In this document: piece by piece, positions 18,797-28,148 of the stretch
How the letters are laid out: each line of letters opens with the position of its first letter
Numbering within the stretch: the first letter of the stretch is position 1
Origin: an uncultured Synergistales bacterium
Lineage (GTDB): Bacteria; Synergistota; Synergistia; Synergistales; Aminobacteriaceae
Assembly (NCBI GenBank): GCA_905234075.1
Contig: CAJOGI010000007.1
Coordinates: forward strand, 19,550 to 83,549
DNA: 64,000 bases
Direction: 5' to 3'
Translations under genes and position numbers: made by a program
The notes under the pieces: generated by a model
What the model saw: the letters and a program-made list of their open reading frames with translations, nothing else
The model's database searches: none
Told to the model about the DNA's origin: nothing

Positions 18797-19342
18797 TTGA
18801 ATATAAAATTGTTGGCTGATTTATTTTTTACGTTTGCAAGAATCGGGGCGGTAACGTTCGGGGGCGGCTATGCGATGCTAATGATACTTCTTTCTGAAAT
18901 CGTAGAGAAAAAGAAATGGATCACTGAAGAAGAACTTACAGATTATTATGTCATAGCACAGTGTACTCCGGGCGTTATCGCGGTGAACGTCGCAACGTTC
19001 GTAGGGCGTAAAAATGCCGGGACAATAGGCGGCGTAATTGCCACGCTGGGTGTTGTGTTCCCTTCACTTGTAATAATAACGTTACTTGCCGGAGTTATTC
19101 AGGCTTATGCTTCTCTTGAATGGGTTGCCAGTGCTTTTGCAGGGGTTAGGGTGTGCGTGTGCGTGCTGATATTCAATGCTGTATCAAAAATTTTCGGAAA
19201 ATCCGTTGTTGACCGTCTCACGATGTGCGTATATCTAGTTATATTGGCAGGAGCAGCACTCACGAATCTTCCGCCCGTTGCATTTGTAGCTGCAGCAGGG
19301 ATTTTAGGAGTAACAGCAAAAGTTATAACGGGGGCAAAATAA
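18797..19342 (+). CDS. chrA: chromate transporter ChrA family protein (N-half, short-chain CHR)
   Basis: TFGGGYAMLMILL matches the CHR family. It is paired with the next ORF and begins with a TTG start. Confidence 0.65.
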   Translation: MNIKLLADLFFTFARIGAVTFGGGYAMLMILLSEIVEKKKWITEEELTDYYVIAQCTPGVIAVNVATFVGRKNAGTIGGVIATLGVVFPSLVIITLLAGVIQAYASLEWVASAFAGVRVCVCVLIFNAVSKIFGKSVVDRLTMCVYLVILAGAALTNLPPVAFVAAAGILGVTAKVITGAK

Positions 19343-19343
19343 A

Positions 19344-19898
19344 ATGATATACATAAAATTATTCTGGGAATTTTTTCAGACGGGGCTATTTGCTATCGGA
19401 GGCGGAATGGCAACTCTTCCTTTCTTGTACGACATTTCAGACAGAACAGGCTGGTTTACACATCATCATTTAGCGGACATGATCGCCGTAAGCGAGTCAA
19501 CTCCCGGCCCAATAGGCGTGAATATGGCAACGTACGCAGGATATATAACCGCAGGGATTCCCGGGGCTGTCGTGTCTACACTGGGGCTTGTAACTCCGAG
19601 CGTCATTGTTATTTTAATTATAAGCGCGTTTCTTTATGCTTTCCGTTCAAATAAATATGTTAATGCGGCTTTTTACGGACTTAGACCGGCAAGCACGGCA
19701 CTAATTACGGCTGCAGGGCTAATTGTGTCGCGTGTTGTGTTTTTTGGCGGGAGTTTCGGAAATCCTATCAACTTAAAGGCTGTAATTCTTGCGGCAGTTC
19801 TGCTGATATTAACTCGTGGCATTACATATACAAAAAAATTACACCCTGCAGTCTGGATAGCATTGTCGGCAGCTGTAGGGGTAATTTTCAAATATTAA
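19344..19898 (+). CDS. chrA: chromate transporter ChrA family protein (C-half)
   Basis: AIGGGMATLPFL is a CHR motif. The ORF is adjacent to the first half. Confidence 0.65.
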   Translation: MIYIKLFWEFFQTGLFAIGGGMATLPFLYDISDRTGWFTHHHLADMIAVSESTPGPIGVNMATYAGYITAGIPGAVVSTLGLVTPSVIVILIISAFLYAFRSNKYVNAAFYGLRPASTALITAAGLIVSRVVFFGGSFGNPINLKAVILAAVLLILTRGITYTKKLHPAVWIALSAAVGVIFKY

Positions 19899-21397
19899 TT
19901 ATTGTAAATTTTTGTATCGAGTAAATTTTCCCGGCTGGCAATGGCTGTTGTTACTGCAATATCGCCTATGACGTTAATAGTCATTCTGAACAATGATACG
20001 AGCGGTTCAACTCCGAGTGCAAACGCGGCGGCCTCTGCAGGCATACCGAACGACTGAACGATTGACGTTAAGCAAATGAAAACGCCCCCGGGCACTCCCG
20101 GCGCACCTATTGAGAAAGCTATTATTGCTATGAACAACGAAAGGAAGAAATCCGGCGTAAGCTCTATCCCGTACATTTTTGCGGCCATGACGGTAAATAT
20201 CGGAAAATAAATGCAGCTTCCGTCCATGTTGGCTGTCGCACCCAATGGGATCGAGAATGAAGCTAGGCCGGGTGATACTCCGATTTTGTCGGAACAGAAT
20301 TTCATTGTGAAGGGCATTGTTGCTGTGCTGCTGCCCATTGAAGCTGGAGTGAGGGCAAATCCTGATAATTTACGCAAGAAAGGAAGCGGCTTGAGTTTTC
20401 CGAAAAATATAACAAGAAGAGTATAAACCCCTATCATAATTACTCCGCCTGTAACCTGCGTGAATACCACTTTTACAAGAAGATACAGAGAATCTACACC
20501 GAGCTTGAGCATCAAGGAAGCCATAGATAAAAATCCCACTAAGGGAATAAATTTTGCTATAGCCGTTATGATCCTAAGATTAAGGGTGTTTATGATGTCC
20601 GCGCCCTTTAATAGAGGTGAAGCCTTTTCTCTCATTACGGTTATAGTCAGTCCGAAAACGAAAGCCATAAATATTATTTGCAGCATTTCGCATTTGACTA
20701 TGGGCGTGATTAAGTCCTTAGGAATTATTCCTACAATCATATCTACAATAGATACGCTCACAGCCTCGCCGGCCTCTGCAACATGACCGACAACAGGAAG
20801 CCCCGTACTGAACACCGCCGAGCTCAATGACATTCCCATAATAGCGGCAATAACGGTTGTTAAAATGTAAATAAGTATTAATTTTCTGCCTATCCTGCTT
20901 ATATCAGATGCGTCCGCCATGCTCGTTATTCCTGCAATTATCGAGAAAAAGACAACAGGTGCTATCATCATGTTCAAGGCGTTAAGGAACATTGAACGTA
21001 TGCTGGTAATTATATTTTTGTCGATAAAAGATATAACGTAATCCGGTGCAAATTCCCTCAAAATAAATCCTGCGATTATTCCGAGTATCATTGCCGTGAG
21101 AGTCCGCTTAAATTGATTTTCTTCTGTGTGGAGGTTGACTGAAACGACATTTTGCGAGTTCTTGCGCGTATAGGCAATCTGTCTTTTGTGCGAGGCGAGT
21201 ATGAGAATTCTATAATAATCTTCTTCACCTTCGGTAAAAGAGTCTGCCGCCTCAAACGGGTTGAAGGGCTCGCCCTCCGCCGTAATTAGGAGTCTGACAT
21301 TTCCGAAAACTTTTCTTGCTTCAATATTGCATGAAAAATTTTCATCGCCCTTCCTGAAAAGCATGAACACTTCCTCAAGAATCAACAGCCCGTTCAT
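19895..21397 (-). CDS. dicarboxylate/amino acid:cation symporter (DAACS family) with approximately 100-aa N-terminal cytoplasmic extension
   Basis: Eight or more TM helices and DAACS motifs are present in the C-terminal 400 aa. The first approximately 100 aa are hydrophilic. Confidence 0.7.
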   Translation of the reverse strand: MNGLLILEEVFMLFRKGDENFSCNIEARKVFGNVRLLITAEGEPFNPFEAADSFTEGEEDYYRILILASHKRQIAYTRKNSQNVVSVNLHTEENQFKRTLTAMILGIIAGFILREFAPDYVISFIDKNIITSIRSMFLNALNMMIAPVVFFSIIAGITSMADASDISRIGRKLILIYILTTVIAAIMGMSLSSAVFSTGLPVVGHVAEAGEAVSVSIVDMIVGIIPKDLITPIVKCEMLQIIFMAFVFGLTITVMREKASPLLKGADIINTLNLRIITAIAKFIPLVGFLSMASLMLKLGVDSLYLLVKVVFTQVTGGVIMIGVYTLLVIFFGKLKPLPFLRKLSGFALTPASMGSSTATMPFTMKFCSDKIGVSPGLASFSIPLGATANMDGSCIYFPIFTVMAAKMYGIELTPDFFLSLFIAIIAFSIGAPGVPGGVFICLTSIVQSFGMPAEAAAFALGVEPLVSLFRMTINVIGDIAVTTAIASRENLLDTKIYNN

Positions 21398-21540
21398 TAT
21401 TTCATTATCTTTGAGCTTAAAACCGCGCAGGTATTCTTGAATTTCAAGTATTTTTTCTCTTAACCGTATGTCAGCGTAAATTTTCTTATGCTCATTTTGC
21501 GCCTCCCTGATAAAAAATCTTACGAAAAAAACAATGAGGA

Positions 21541-21575
21541 TTAACTCCTCATTCTTAAATCCTAACTCCTAACTA
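21541..21575. repeat. TAGGAGT-family repeat plus terminator hairpin (aatgaggagttaatcctcatt followed by a T-run on the minus strand) after the L,D-transpeptidase gene
   Basis: The plus strand reads ttaactcctcattcttaaatcctaactcctaactaaaaat. Confidence 0.6.
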
Positions 21576-21585
21576 AAAATCAGTT

Positions 21586-22266
21586 CTAATATTTTTTTAT
21601 GTTCTTGCTCTCGTCCATTATTACAACGCAGTTACTCATGACAGCACGCAGAACTTCGACCATTTTTGATTCAGGAATGGAGACACAGCCGCCGGTGAAT
21701 TTATTTTTCGTGTAGCAGTGTAAAAAAATCGCACTTCCCTTTTTCGGCGTGCCCTCCTTGTTGTAGCTGATGTTCAGGCAGTATTTATAAGCTAAATCGT
21801 AGTCAATGATGTGCTCGCTGTCTTTTTTGCTGAAACCGTCATATTCATTCGTCGAGACGAATTGATTATAGCGGTCTGAGTTTGAATCGCCGACCCAGTA
21901 ATGACTGTCATCAACTTTTGTATAACCCATAGGGCAGCCGGGATTGTCATTAATCCCGAAGGCCTTAGTAAAAGTAAAAACGCCTCTCGGAGTTTTCAAA
22001 TCGCCCTCACGAGTTTTCCCCCAGCCCTTTTTGCCGATGTAAGCACGGCACGAAATTATTTCGTTCCATTCGCCGTCAGAATTTTTCTCGTAAAAAGAAA
22101 AATCTGCGTTTGAGCCTTTAGTGCCCGACACGATGACTAACTGCTTAGCATCTTGAGCGGCCTTGAGACCGCCCACCCATTTTGGAGCAGGCATTTTTTC
22201 TGCCGCGAATGCTGACGAGACGAAAACAAAAATAAAAGTACATAACAAAAAAATTTTATTTCTCAT
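21586..22266 (-). CDS. secreted L,D-transpeptidase (YkuD/ErfK family)
   Basis: Signal peptide present. The motif LHCY...GGCVS is the catalytic His/Cys signature of YkuD. Confidence 0.7.
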   Translation of the reverse strand: MRNKIFLLCTFIFVFVSSAFAAEKMPAPKWVGGLKAAQDAKQLVIVSGTKGSNADFSFYEKNSDGEWNEIISCRAYIGKKGWGKTREGDLKTPRGVFTFTKAFGINDNPGCPMGYTKVDDSHYWVGDSNSDRYNQFVSTNEYDGFSKKDSEHIIDYDLAYKYCLNISYNKEGTPKKGSAIFLHCYTKNKFTGGCVSIPESKMVEVLRAVMSNCVVIMDESKNIKKY

Positions 22267-22292
22267 AAAAATTTCTCCTTCATCGAAAAAAA

Positions 22293-23020
22293 TTAGCCGC
22301 CTAAATATGCCTTCCTGACAGCCTCAGAAGCTAAAAGCTCTTGGCCTGTTCCTGTCGTTACGATTTTGCCCGTCTCCATGACGTAGCCGCGACTTGCAAT
22401 GCTCAAAGCCATCTGCGCGTTCTGCTCAACTAATAAAATCGTTGCGCCCGTTTTGTGCAAATCGGCGATTATGTCAAAAATCTGCTCGACTAAAATCGGC
22501 GCAAGCCCCATTGACGGCTCATCGAGCATTAATAATTTCGGCCTGCTCATCAAAGCGCGTCCCATTGCAAGCATCTGCTGTTCACCGCCCGATAAAGTTC
22601 CTGCGGTCTGTTTCATGCGTTCTTTCAATCTTGGGAAGAGGGCATAAACTTTTTCTAACTCGTCATTAATTTCTTTTTGATTATTCTGCGTGTATGCTCC
22701 CATCTCTAAATTTTCCTGAACGGTCATTTGAGCGAAAACTCTCCGGCCTTCGGGAACTTGAGCGAGACCCTTCTCTACAATTTTATGAGGCGCAACCTTC
22801 GCTAAAGTCTCGCCTAAAAATGCTATGCTTCCTGTTGACGGGTGTAATAACCCGGAAATCGTGTTAAGCGTCGTAGATTTTCCCGCGCCGTTCGCGCCAA
22901 TTAACGTAACTATTTCGCCCTCATAAACTTCAAAGGAAATGCCCTTGATCGCGTGAATGCTTCCGTAAAAAACATTAATGTTTTCAACGTTTAATACGGG
23001 AGATAATTTTTCATTCATCA
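22293..23020 (-). CDS. livF: branched-chain amino acid ABC transporter ATP-binding protein LivF
   Basis: Walker A is GANGAGKST and the signature is LSGGEQQ. The start was chosen at the MMNEK ATG, preceded by a gggagg SD. The ORF track gives a longer 273-aa extension. Confidence 0.8.
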
Positions 23021-23906
23021 TTGCTTTTCTGCCTCCCCTCTTGTTTGCTTTCAATAAGTTTATCCTCGATGTAAGAATTTCTATTTTCTTTACTTCTTCC
23101 GAGATACGCTTCAATAACGGCAGGATTGTTTTGAATTTCGTCAGGCGTGCCCTTCGCGATAATATGGCCGAAATTTAACACGCAAATTCCCTCGCAGATA
23201 TTCATTACGAGGCTCATATCATGCTCGATTAAAACTATAGCAATCTGGAACATCTCGTGAACTTTGCGGATATTGTCCATGAGGTCGGCAGTCTCTGAAG
23301 GGTTCATTCCGGCAGCAGGCTCGTCAAGCAATAATAACGACGGATTAGTAGCCAATGCCCGGACAATTTCAAGCCTTCTCTGCGCTCCGTAAGGCAGTGA
23401 ACCTGCTCTCACATCGGCCATGTCCTGCATATCAAAGATTGATAATAATTTCAGGGCTCTGCGGTGAGCGGCTATCTCTTCGCGGCGGTAATTAGGAAGT
23501 CTTAAAATCGCGCTGAACATGTTATAGTGCATGTCGTTATTCATTGCGGCCTTGACGTTATCAACGACGCTTAAATTTTTGAATAATCTTATATTCTGGA
23601 ACGTTCTCGCAATTCCGGCCCTGTTCACCTGCATAGTATTCATGCCGTGAGTGTCTTTGCCGTTTAATAAAATTGTCCCCGTCGTCGGCTGATAAACTTT
23701 TGTTAAAAGATTAAAGACCGTAGTTTTTCCTGCGCCGTTCGGGCCGATTAATCCGGCTATTTATGTGCGTCCTATCGTTAAATTAAAATCCTCGACAGCT
23801 TTATTCCTAAGTTCACGCATTCAAGAACAGGCTCACGCGAAACATCACGCTCCGGCAAAATCGTCCTTGACGGTATAGTTACATATTTTGTTTTAGCTTT
23901 TGACAT
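23011..23906 (-). pseudogene. livG: livG (ABC ATP-binding protein) disrupted by a nonsense codon before Walker A, a frameshift, and loss of the RFGG region
   Basis: The intact C-terminal 210 aa match LivG (IARTFQNIRLF...LLLDEP). Upstream, in another frame, lies ...KAVEDFNLTIGRT*IAGLIGPNGAGKTTVFNLL, with a TAA where the conserved Glu is expected. A further frame shift and an approximately 16-nt gap remove the MRFGG segment. Confidence 0.55.
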
Positions 23907-23909
23907 GAT

Positions 23910-24974
23910 TTATTCGGCCCCCTCTTCTGTGCGCTTAAACGGATTTAGACGCGAGAGAAAATATTTAATCTCGGCGTTATTCGTCGCTAACATCATAACG
24001 ATTAAAATAACAGCGTAGAGCAGCATTCTGTAATCAGAGAACTGCCGCAGTTTTTCCGGCAGAATCGTCAAGACCGCCGCCGCTATTATGCCTCCGAGCA
24101 TGTTGCCCTGACCGCCCAAGACTACAAAAACTAAAATTAAAATCGAAGTGTTAAAGTCAAATTTATTTGCAACGATCGTTGAATAATTCATTGCGAACAA
24201 AGCACCTGCCGCTCCTGCCAATGCCGCCGAAGTTACGAAGGCCATCATTTTATATTTAGTGATGTCGAGGCCGATACTCTCTGCCGCTATTCTGTCGTCG
24301 CGTATCGCCATAAACGCACGTCCCGAACGTGAATTAACGAGATTAAACACGACCATCAACGAAATCATTAAGAGAATAAATCCGGCAGGGAAAGTCGCTA
24401 TTTTTTGTATGCCGCTTATCCCCATAGGGCCGCGAATAATTAATTTACCGCCGGGCAGTAATCTTGTAGTATCGCTCAACATACTAAGCTGAATGCCGCC
24501 GCTGTCAACGCCCATATAAAAATTATTGAGAATGCTCTTTATAATTTCGCCGAACGCCAGCGTAACGATAGCAAGATAATCGCCCTTTAATCTTAAAACG
24601 GGAATGCCGATTAAAAATCCTGCAACCGCCGCAAAAATTGCCGCGACTATCATAGCTATAGCGAGCCTCACGGGTGCGAACGGAATAAAACTTTGCAATA
24701 AAATCGCCGTCGCAACTCCTGAAAAAGCTCCGACCGACATAAAACCGGCGTGGCCTAATGATAATTCGCCTGAAATTCCTACAACTAAATTTAATGAAAC
24801 TGCCATGACCATATAAGCGCAAATCGGAACTAACATTCCGCGCATTGATGAGCTTAAAAATCTTGTGCTGCTCATGGTCTGACAGATTATATAAGCTAAG
24901 ATTACTATGCCGTAAGTTAAATATATTCTGCGTGCCTCTACGCGCTTTAAGTTTATTAATCTTCGCATTGTCAT
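23910..24974 (-). CDS. livM: branched-chain amino acid ABC transporter permease LivM
   Basis: Polytopic permease (LivM family). Confidence 0.8.
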   Translation of the reverse strand: MTMRRLINLKRVEARRIYLTYGIVILAYIICQTMSSTRFLSSSMRGMLVPICAYMVMAVSLNLVVGISGELSLGHAGFMSVGAFSGVATAILLQSFIPFAPVRLAIAMIVAAIFAAVAGFLIGIPVLRLKGDYLAIVTLAFGEIIKSILNNFYMGVDSGGIQLSMLSDTTRLLPGGKLIIRGPMGISGIQKIATFPAGFILLMISLMVVFNLVNSRSGRAFMAIRDDRIAAESIGLDITKYKMMAFVTSAALAGAAGALFAMNYSTIVANKFDFNTSILILVFVVLGGQGNMLGGIIAAAVLTILPEKLRQFSDYRMLLYAVILIVMMLATNNAEIKYFLSRLNPFKRTEEGAE

Positions 24975-25036
24975 TTTATGTATTTTTCACTCCTAATTTG
25001 TAATTCAGATAGAACGCAGAAAGTAAAAAATAAAAA

Positions 25037-25067
25037 ACTCCTGCCTCCTAATTCCTAACTCCTACCT
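25037..25067. repeat. TAGGAGT-family repeat between livH and livM
   Basis: The plus strand reads ctcctgcctcctaattcctaactcctacctg. On the minus strand it is followed by a T-run. Confidence 0.65.
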
Positions 25068-25069
25068 GA

Positions 25070-25951
25070 TTACACTTTCTCCTGTAATTGTTTTCCAAGC
25101 AGGCCCGACGGCTTCACGAGCAAAACTACAATTAAAACAGCAAAGACTACAGCGTCAGAGAGCTGACTCGAAATATAAGCCTTCGCAAAAATTTCTATAA
25201 CTCCGAGCATTAAGCCGCCCAAGAACGCGCCCGGTATTGAGCCTATACCGCCGAAAACCGCCGCTGTAAATGCTTTAATTCCAGGCAGTGAGCCCGTAGT
25301 CGGCATTAAAGTCGGATAAGCGGAACATAACAACGCCCCTGCGACAGCCGCAAGCCCTGAGCCTATCGCAAATGTTAATGAAATAGTAGCGTTGACGTTA
25401 ATTCCCATTAACTGTGCCGCTCCTTTATCCTCCGAACATGCTCTCATGGCCTTGCCGAGTTTTGTTTTAGATATAAAGAGCGACAACACTATCATAATTA
25501 TTAAACACGTCGCAATAGTTAAAGCCGTAACGTGAGAGACAGACAACGCGCCGTCAAATAATTTGAAAGCTCCACGCCCGATTATTGACGGAAAGACTTT
25601 GGGATTTGATGACCATAATAATAACGCCGTATTCTGAAGAAAATAGCTCATGCCGATAGCAGTTATTAAGACTGCTAAGGACGGAGCCTGACGGAGAGGC
25701 TTATAAGCTAGACGCTCTACTATAATTCCGAGTAAAGTACACGCCGCCATAGCAATGACAACGCCTAAAAAAGGGTTTAATCCGTAACGCGAGACAGCGT
25801 AGAAACATACATAAGCTCCGACCATGATGACATCGCCGTGAGCAAAGTTAAGCATTTTAGCAATGCCGTAGACCATTGTGTAGCCAAGCGCGATGATTGC
25901 GTAGATACTTCCGAGACTTATACCGCTGATAAAGAAATTCAAAAATATCAT
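25070..25951 (-). CDS. livH: branched-chain amino acid ABC transporter permease LivH
   Basis: LivH family permease. Confidence 0.85.
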   Translation of the reverse strand: MIFLNFFISGISLGSIYAIIALGYTMVYGIAKMLNFAHGDVIMVGAYVCFYAVSRYGLNPFLGVVIAMAACTLLGIIVERLAYKPLRQAPSLAVLITAIGMSYFLQNTALLLWSSNPKVFPSIIGRGAFKLFDGALSVSHVTALTIATCLIIMIVLSLFISKTKLGKAMRACSEDKGAAQLMGINVNATISLTFAIGSGLAAVAGALLCSAYPTLMPTTGSLPGIKAFTAAVFGGIGSIPGAFLGGLMLGVIEIFAKAYISSQLSDAVVFAVLIVVLLVKPSGLLGKQLQEKV

Positions 25952-25976
25952 TAAAAATTTATAGCTCCTTTTATTC

Positions 25977-26124
25977 AGGTAGGAGTTAGGAATTAGGAGG
26001 TAGGAGGTAAAAAGCAGTCTGAGATTCTATTAAGGCCGTATTTCCCAGACTGCTTTTTTATTTAGGCAGAAAGTAAGATTTTCTTATCCATACTTCCTAC
26101 CTTCTACCTCCTACCTCCTACCTG
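25977..26124. repeat. composite element: inverted TAGGAGT-family repeats (25977-26009 and 26091-26124) flanking a bidirectional terminator hairpin (gcagtctg...cagactgc, 26014-26053) between livK and livH
   Basis: The left arm caggtaggagttaggaattaggaggtaggaggta and the right arm tacttcctaccttctacctcctacctcctacctg are imperfect reverse complements of each other. The central hairpin has flanking A- and T-runs. Confidence 0.65.
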
Positions 26125-26126
26125 TA

Positions 26127-27248
26127 TTAGTCAAGTCCGACGTACGCGCCGTCTTTAATGACCATGCCTTTGGGGTCTTTTGTAACTTCGCCGTTCTTTG
26201 CCCACTTAACATTCTCGCCGGTTACGCCGTTGAATGTCATTGTCGTGAACTGCTCAATCATTTTTGCGCAAAGAGTTTCCGCGTCCATGTCAGGCGTGGC
26301 CTTCGCAAGCTCTAACGCTTCTTTGTAAGCATATACGCAGTCATAGCCGTCAGCCGCGAACTGATTAGGAACTTCGCCGTGCTTTGCTTTGTAAGTCTCG
26401 ACGAATTTCTGAGTCTTTGCGTCCTTTGCGTCAGCGTTGAACGGTGTTAAAAGAATAACGCCCTCTGCTAATGACTTGTCGAAGCCTTCCATCGTTAAAA
26501 TTCCGTCCATGCCGTCAACTCCGAACCATTTAGGAGCGTAGCCCATAGCCTGAGCCTGTGCAAGAATCAATGAGGCCGGCTGATAATACATCGGAAGGAA
26601 TACGAGTTCCGCGCCCTTGTTCTGAGCGTCCGTGAGCTGTACGGAGAAATCGTTGTCATTACCGTCAGCAAACGTTGTCTCGCTCACGACCTCAAGGCCA
26701 AGCGCAGGGGCTTTCTCTACGAAAGTATCTCTGATGCCTTTTGAGTAAACGTCGTCATTTTTCCAGATAATCGCGATTTTTTTGCCGAGTTTTTTCTCAG
26801 CGATGTACTGTGCGCTCGCACTTCCCTGATTAGGGTCAACGAAGCACATCTGGAATACGTTATCTTTTCCTTCTGTTACTGCCGCTGATGAAGCTGACGG
26901 AGTGAGAGCAAAAATTCTGTCTGCAAAATTTTCGGCTGCTGTTGCCTCGCAGGGTTTTGAAGTTACAGAGCCTAAAGAGACCTGCATTCCCCAGTCTTTG
27001 AGGGCGTTATAAGCGTTGACTGCTTTCTCTGCATCGTGTGTGTCGTCCTCGTAACGTAACTCAAACTGAACATCTCCGCCCATCGCATTAATCTCTTCAA
27101 CTGCGATTTCAGCACCGAATTTTGCCGCGTTTCCGTAAATTGCCGCGCCGCCGGTGAGAGGGCCCGTGCCTCCGATTTTGAAAGCTGCGCCGAATGCGCA
27201 TGAAGTCATAGCAAGGATAAGAACTGCGCTGATTAAAATCTTCTTCAT
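26127..27248 (-). CDS. livK: branched-chain amino acid ABC transporter substrate-binding protein (LivK/LivJ)
   Basis: Signal peptide present. Type I periplasmic binding protein fold (Leu/Ile/Val-binding family). Confidence 0.85.
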   Translation of the reverse strand: MKKILISAVLILAMTSCAFGAAFKIGGTGPLTGGAAIYGNAAKFGAEIAVEEINAMGGDVQFELRYEDDTHDAEKAVNAYNALKDWGMQVSLGSVTSKPCEATAAENFADRIFALTPSASSAAVTEGKDNVFQMCFVDPNQGSASAQYIAEKKLGKKIAIIWKNDDVYSKGIRDTFVEKAPALGLEVVSETTFADGNDNDFSVQLTDAQNKGAELVFLPMYYQPASLILAQAQAMGYAPKWFGVDGMDGILTMEGFDKSLAEGVILLTPFNADAKDAKTQKFVETYKAKHGEVPNQFAADGYDCVYAYKEALELAKATPDMDAETLCAKMIEQFTTMTFNGVTGENVKWAKNGEVTKDPKGMVIKDGAYVGLD

Positions 27249-27346
27249 AAAAAATATCTCCCTTGTAAAAAATTTATGCTCAGCCTGAAAATAATCTCTA
27301 CGGCCTGAAGAATTTTATTTTCAGGGTTAAAGCCCTGTAACAATAA

Positions 27347-27376
27347 CAAAAAAGCGGTCTTTGGAGTAGACCGCCT
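27347..27376 (-). terminator. rho-independent terminator/attenuator downstream of the leader peptide
   Basis: On the minus strand, aaggcggtct-actcca-agaccgcc is followed by tttttt. Confidence 0.55.
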
Positions 27377-27410
27377 TCGCTGCTAAAATTCAAGCGTCCT
27401 GCTCCTGCCG

Positions 27411-27518
27411 TCAGCAAGCAATAATAATAATGACAGCAACAATAAGCAGGCATACAAAAAGAGCACTGACACACGAAGCTGAATTTCTTTTCATGCTGTT
27501 TACAAAATCTTTCTTCAT
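27411..27518 (-). CDS. candidate leader peptide (35 aa) rich in Ile/Leu/Val upstream of livK
   Basis: Translates as MKKDFVNSMKRNSASCVSALFVCLLIVAVIIIIAC. The SD is aggagg. The stop lies approximately 35 nt upstream of the terminator hairpin. Not in the ORF track because it is under 60 aa. Confidence 0.45.
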   Translation of the reverse strand: MKKDFVNSMKRNSASCVSALFVCLLIVAVIIIIAC

Positions 27519-27561
27519 AGCGTCTTATGCCCTCCTAACATTCACATTTAATTTTTATTTT

Positions 27562-27638
27562 CTGGCGCGGTAGGCAGGATTCGAACCCACGACCTAAGGC
27601 TCCGTAGGCCTTCGCTCTATCCAGCTGAGCTACTACCG
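27562..27638 (-). tRNA. tRNA-Arg (anticodon ACG)
   Basis: Manual cloverleaf: acceptor GCGGTAG/CTACCGC, D-arm GCTC-AGCTGGATA-GAGC, anticodon stem AAGGC/GCCTT with loop CTACGGA, T-loop TTCGAAT, and a CCA end. Confidence 0.8.
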
Positions 27639-27658
27639 CAGGATTTTGATTTTATTTT

Positions 27659-27752
27659 ATGGCGGTGGGTGTGAGATTCGAACTCACGATAGAGTTATTA
27701 GACCCTATACTCACTTAGCAGGCGAGCGCCTTCAGCCTCTCGGCCAACCCAC
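27659..27752 (-). tRNA. tRNA-Ser (anticodon GCT), long variable arm, CCA encoded
   Basis: GGTGGGTTGGCCGAGAGG...CCTGCTAAGTGAG...GTGAGTTCGAATCTCAC-ACCCACC-G-CCA. Length 94 nt. Confidence 0.8.
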
Positions 27753-28148
27753 CGTAAAACAAAACGGTGCATATATTATAACGGTATTAAAATATTGTCA
27801 AACGAATTTTTTTAGAGTGTCAGGAAAAATTATTTTCTTCTTCAAAAAAAATTTTATGCTAAAATATTTTTATTCCATTCAAAATTTTAAGAAAGAATTT
27901 TTTGCAACTACATTTACACCTACAAAAAGTTCAAAAATTTTTTGCGCCGATAAAATTTTACGGAGCTGATTAAAAAAATAGAATCAAAGATTTTTTTTAA
28001 GGCTTGGAAAAAATTTTTGCGATGAGTTTGTAATAATATCCGTTAATTTCAAAGGGCCTTGCGGGCATACTCATTACTAGGTACGCTTCGTGCATCGAGA
28101 CAGAAAATTTTTTTGCGATTGTTGTTTGAGCTTCATAGTCCGGGTCGG

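Noticed and set aside
27646-27969. 107-aa plus-strand ORF
   Set aside because: It overlaps the minus-strand tRNA-Ser gene and the AT-rich intergenic region, and it has no RBS. It is most likely spurious.
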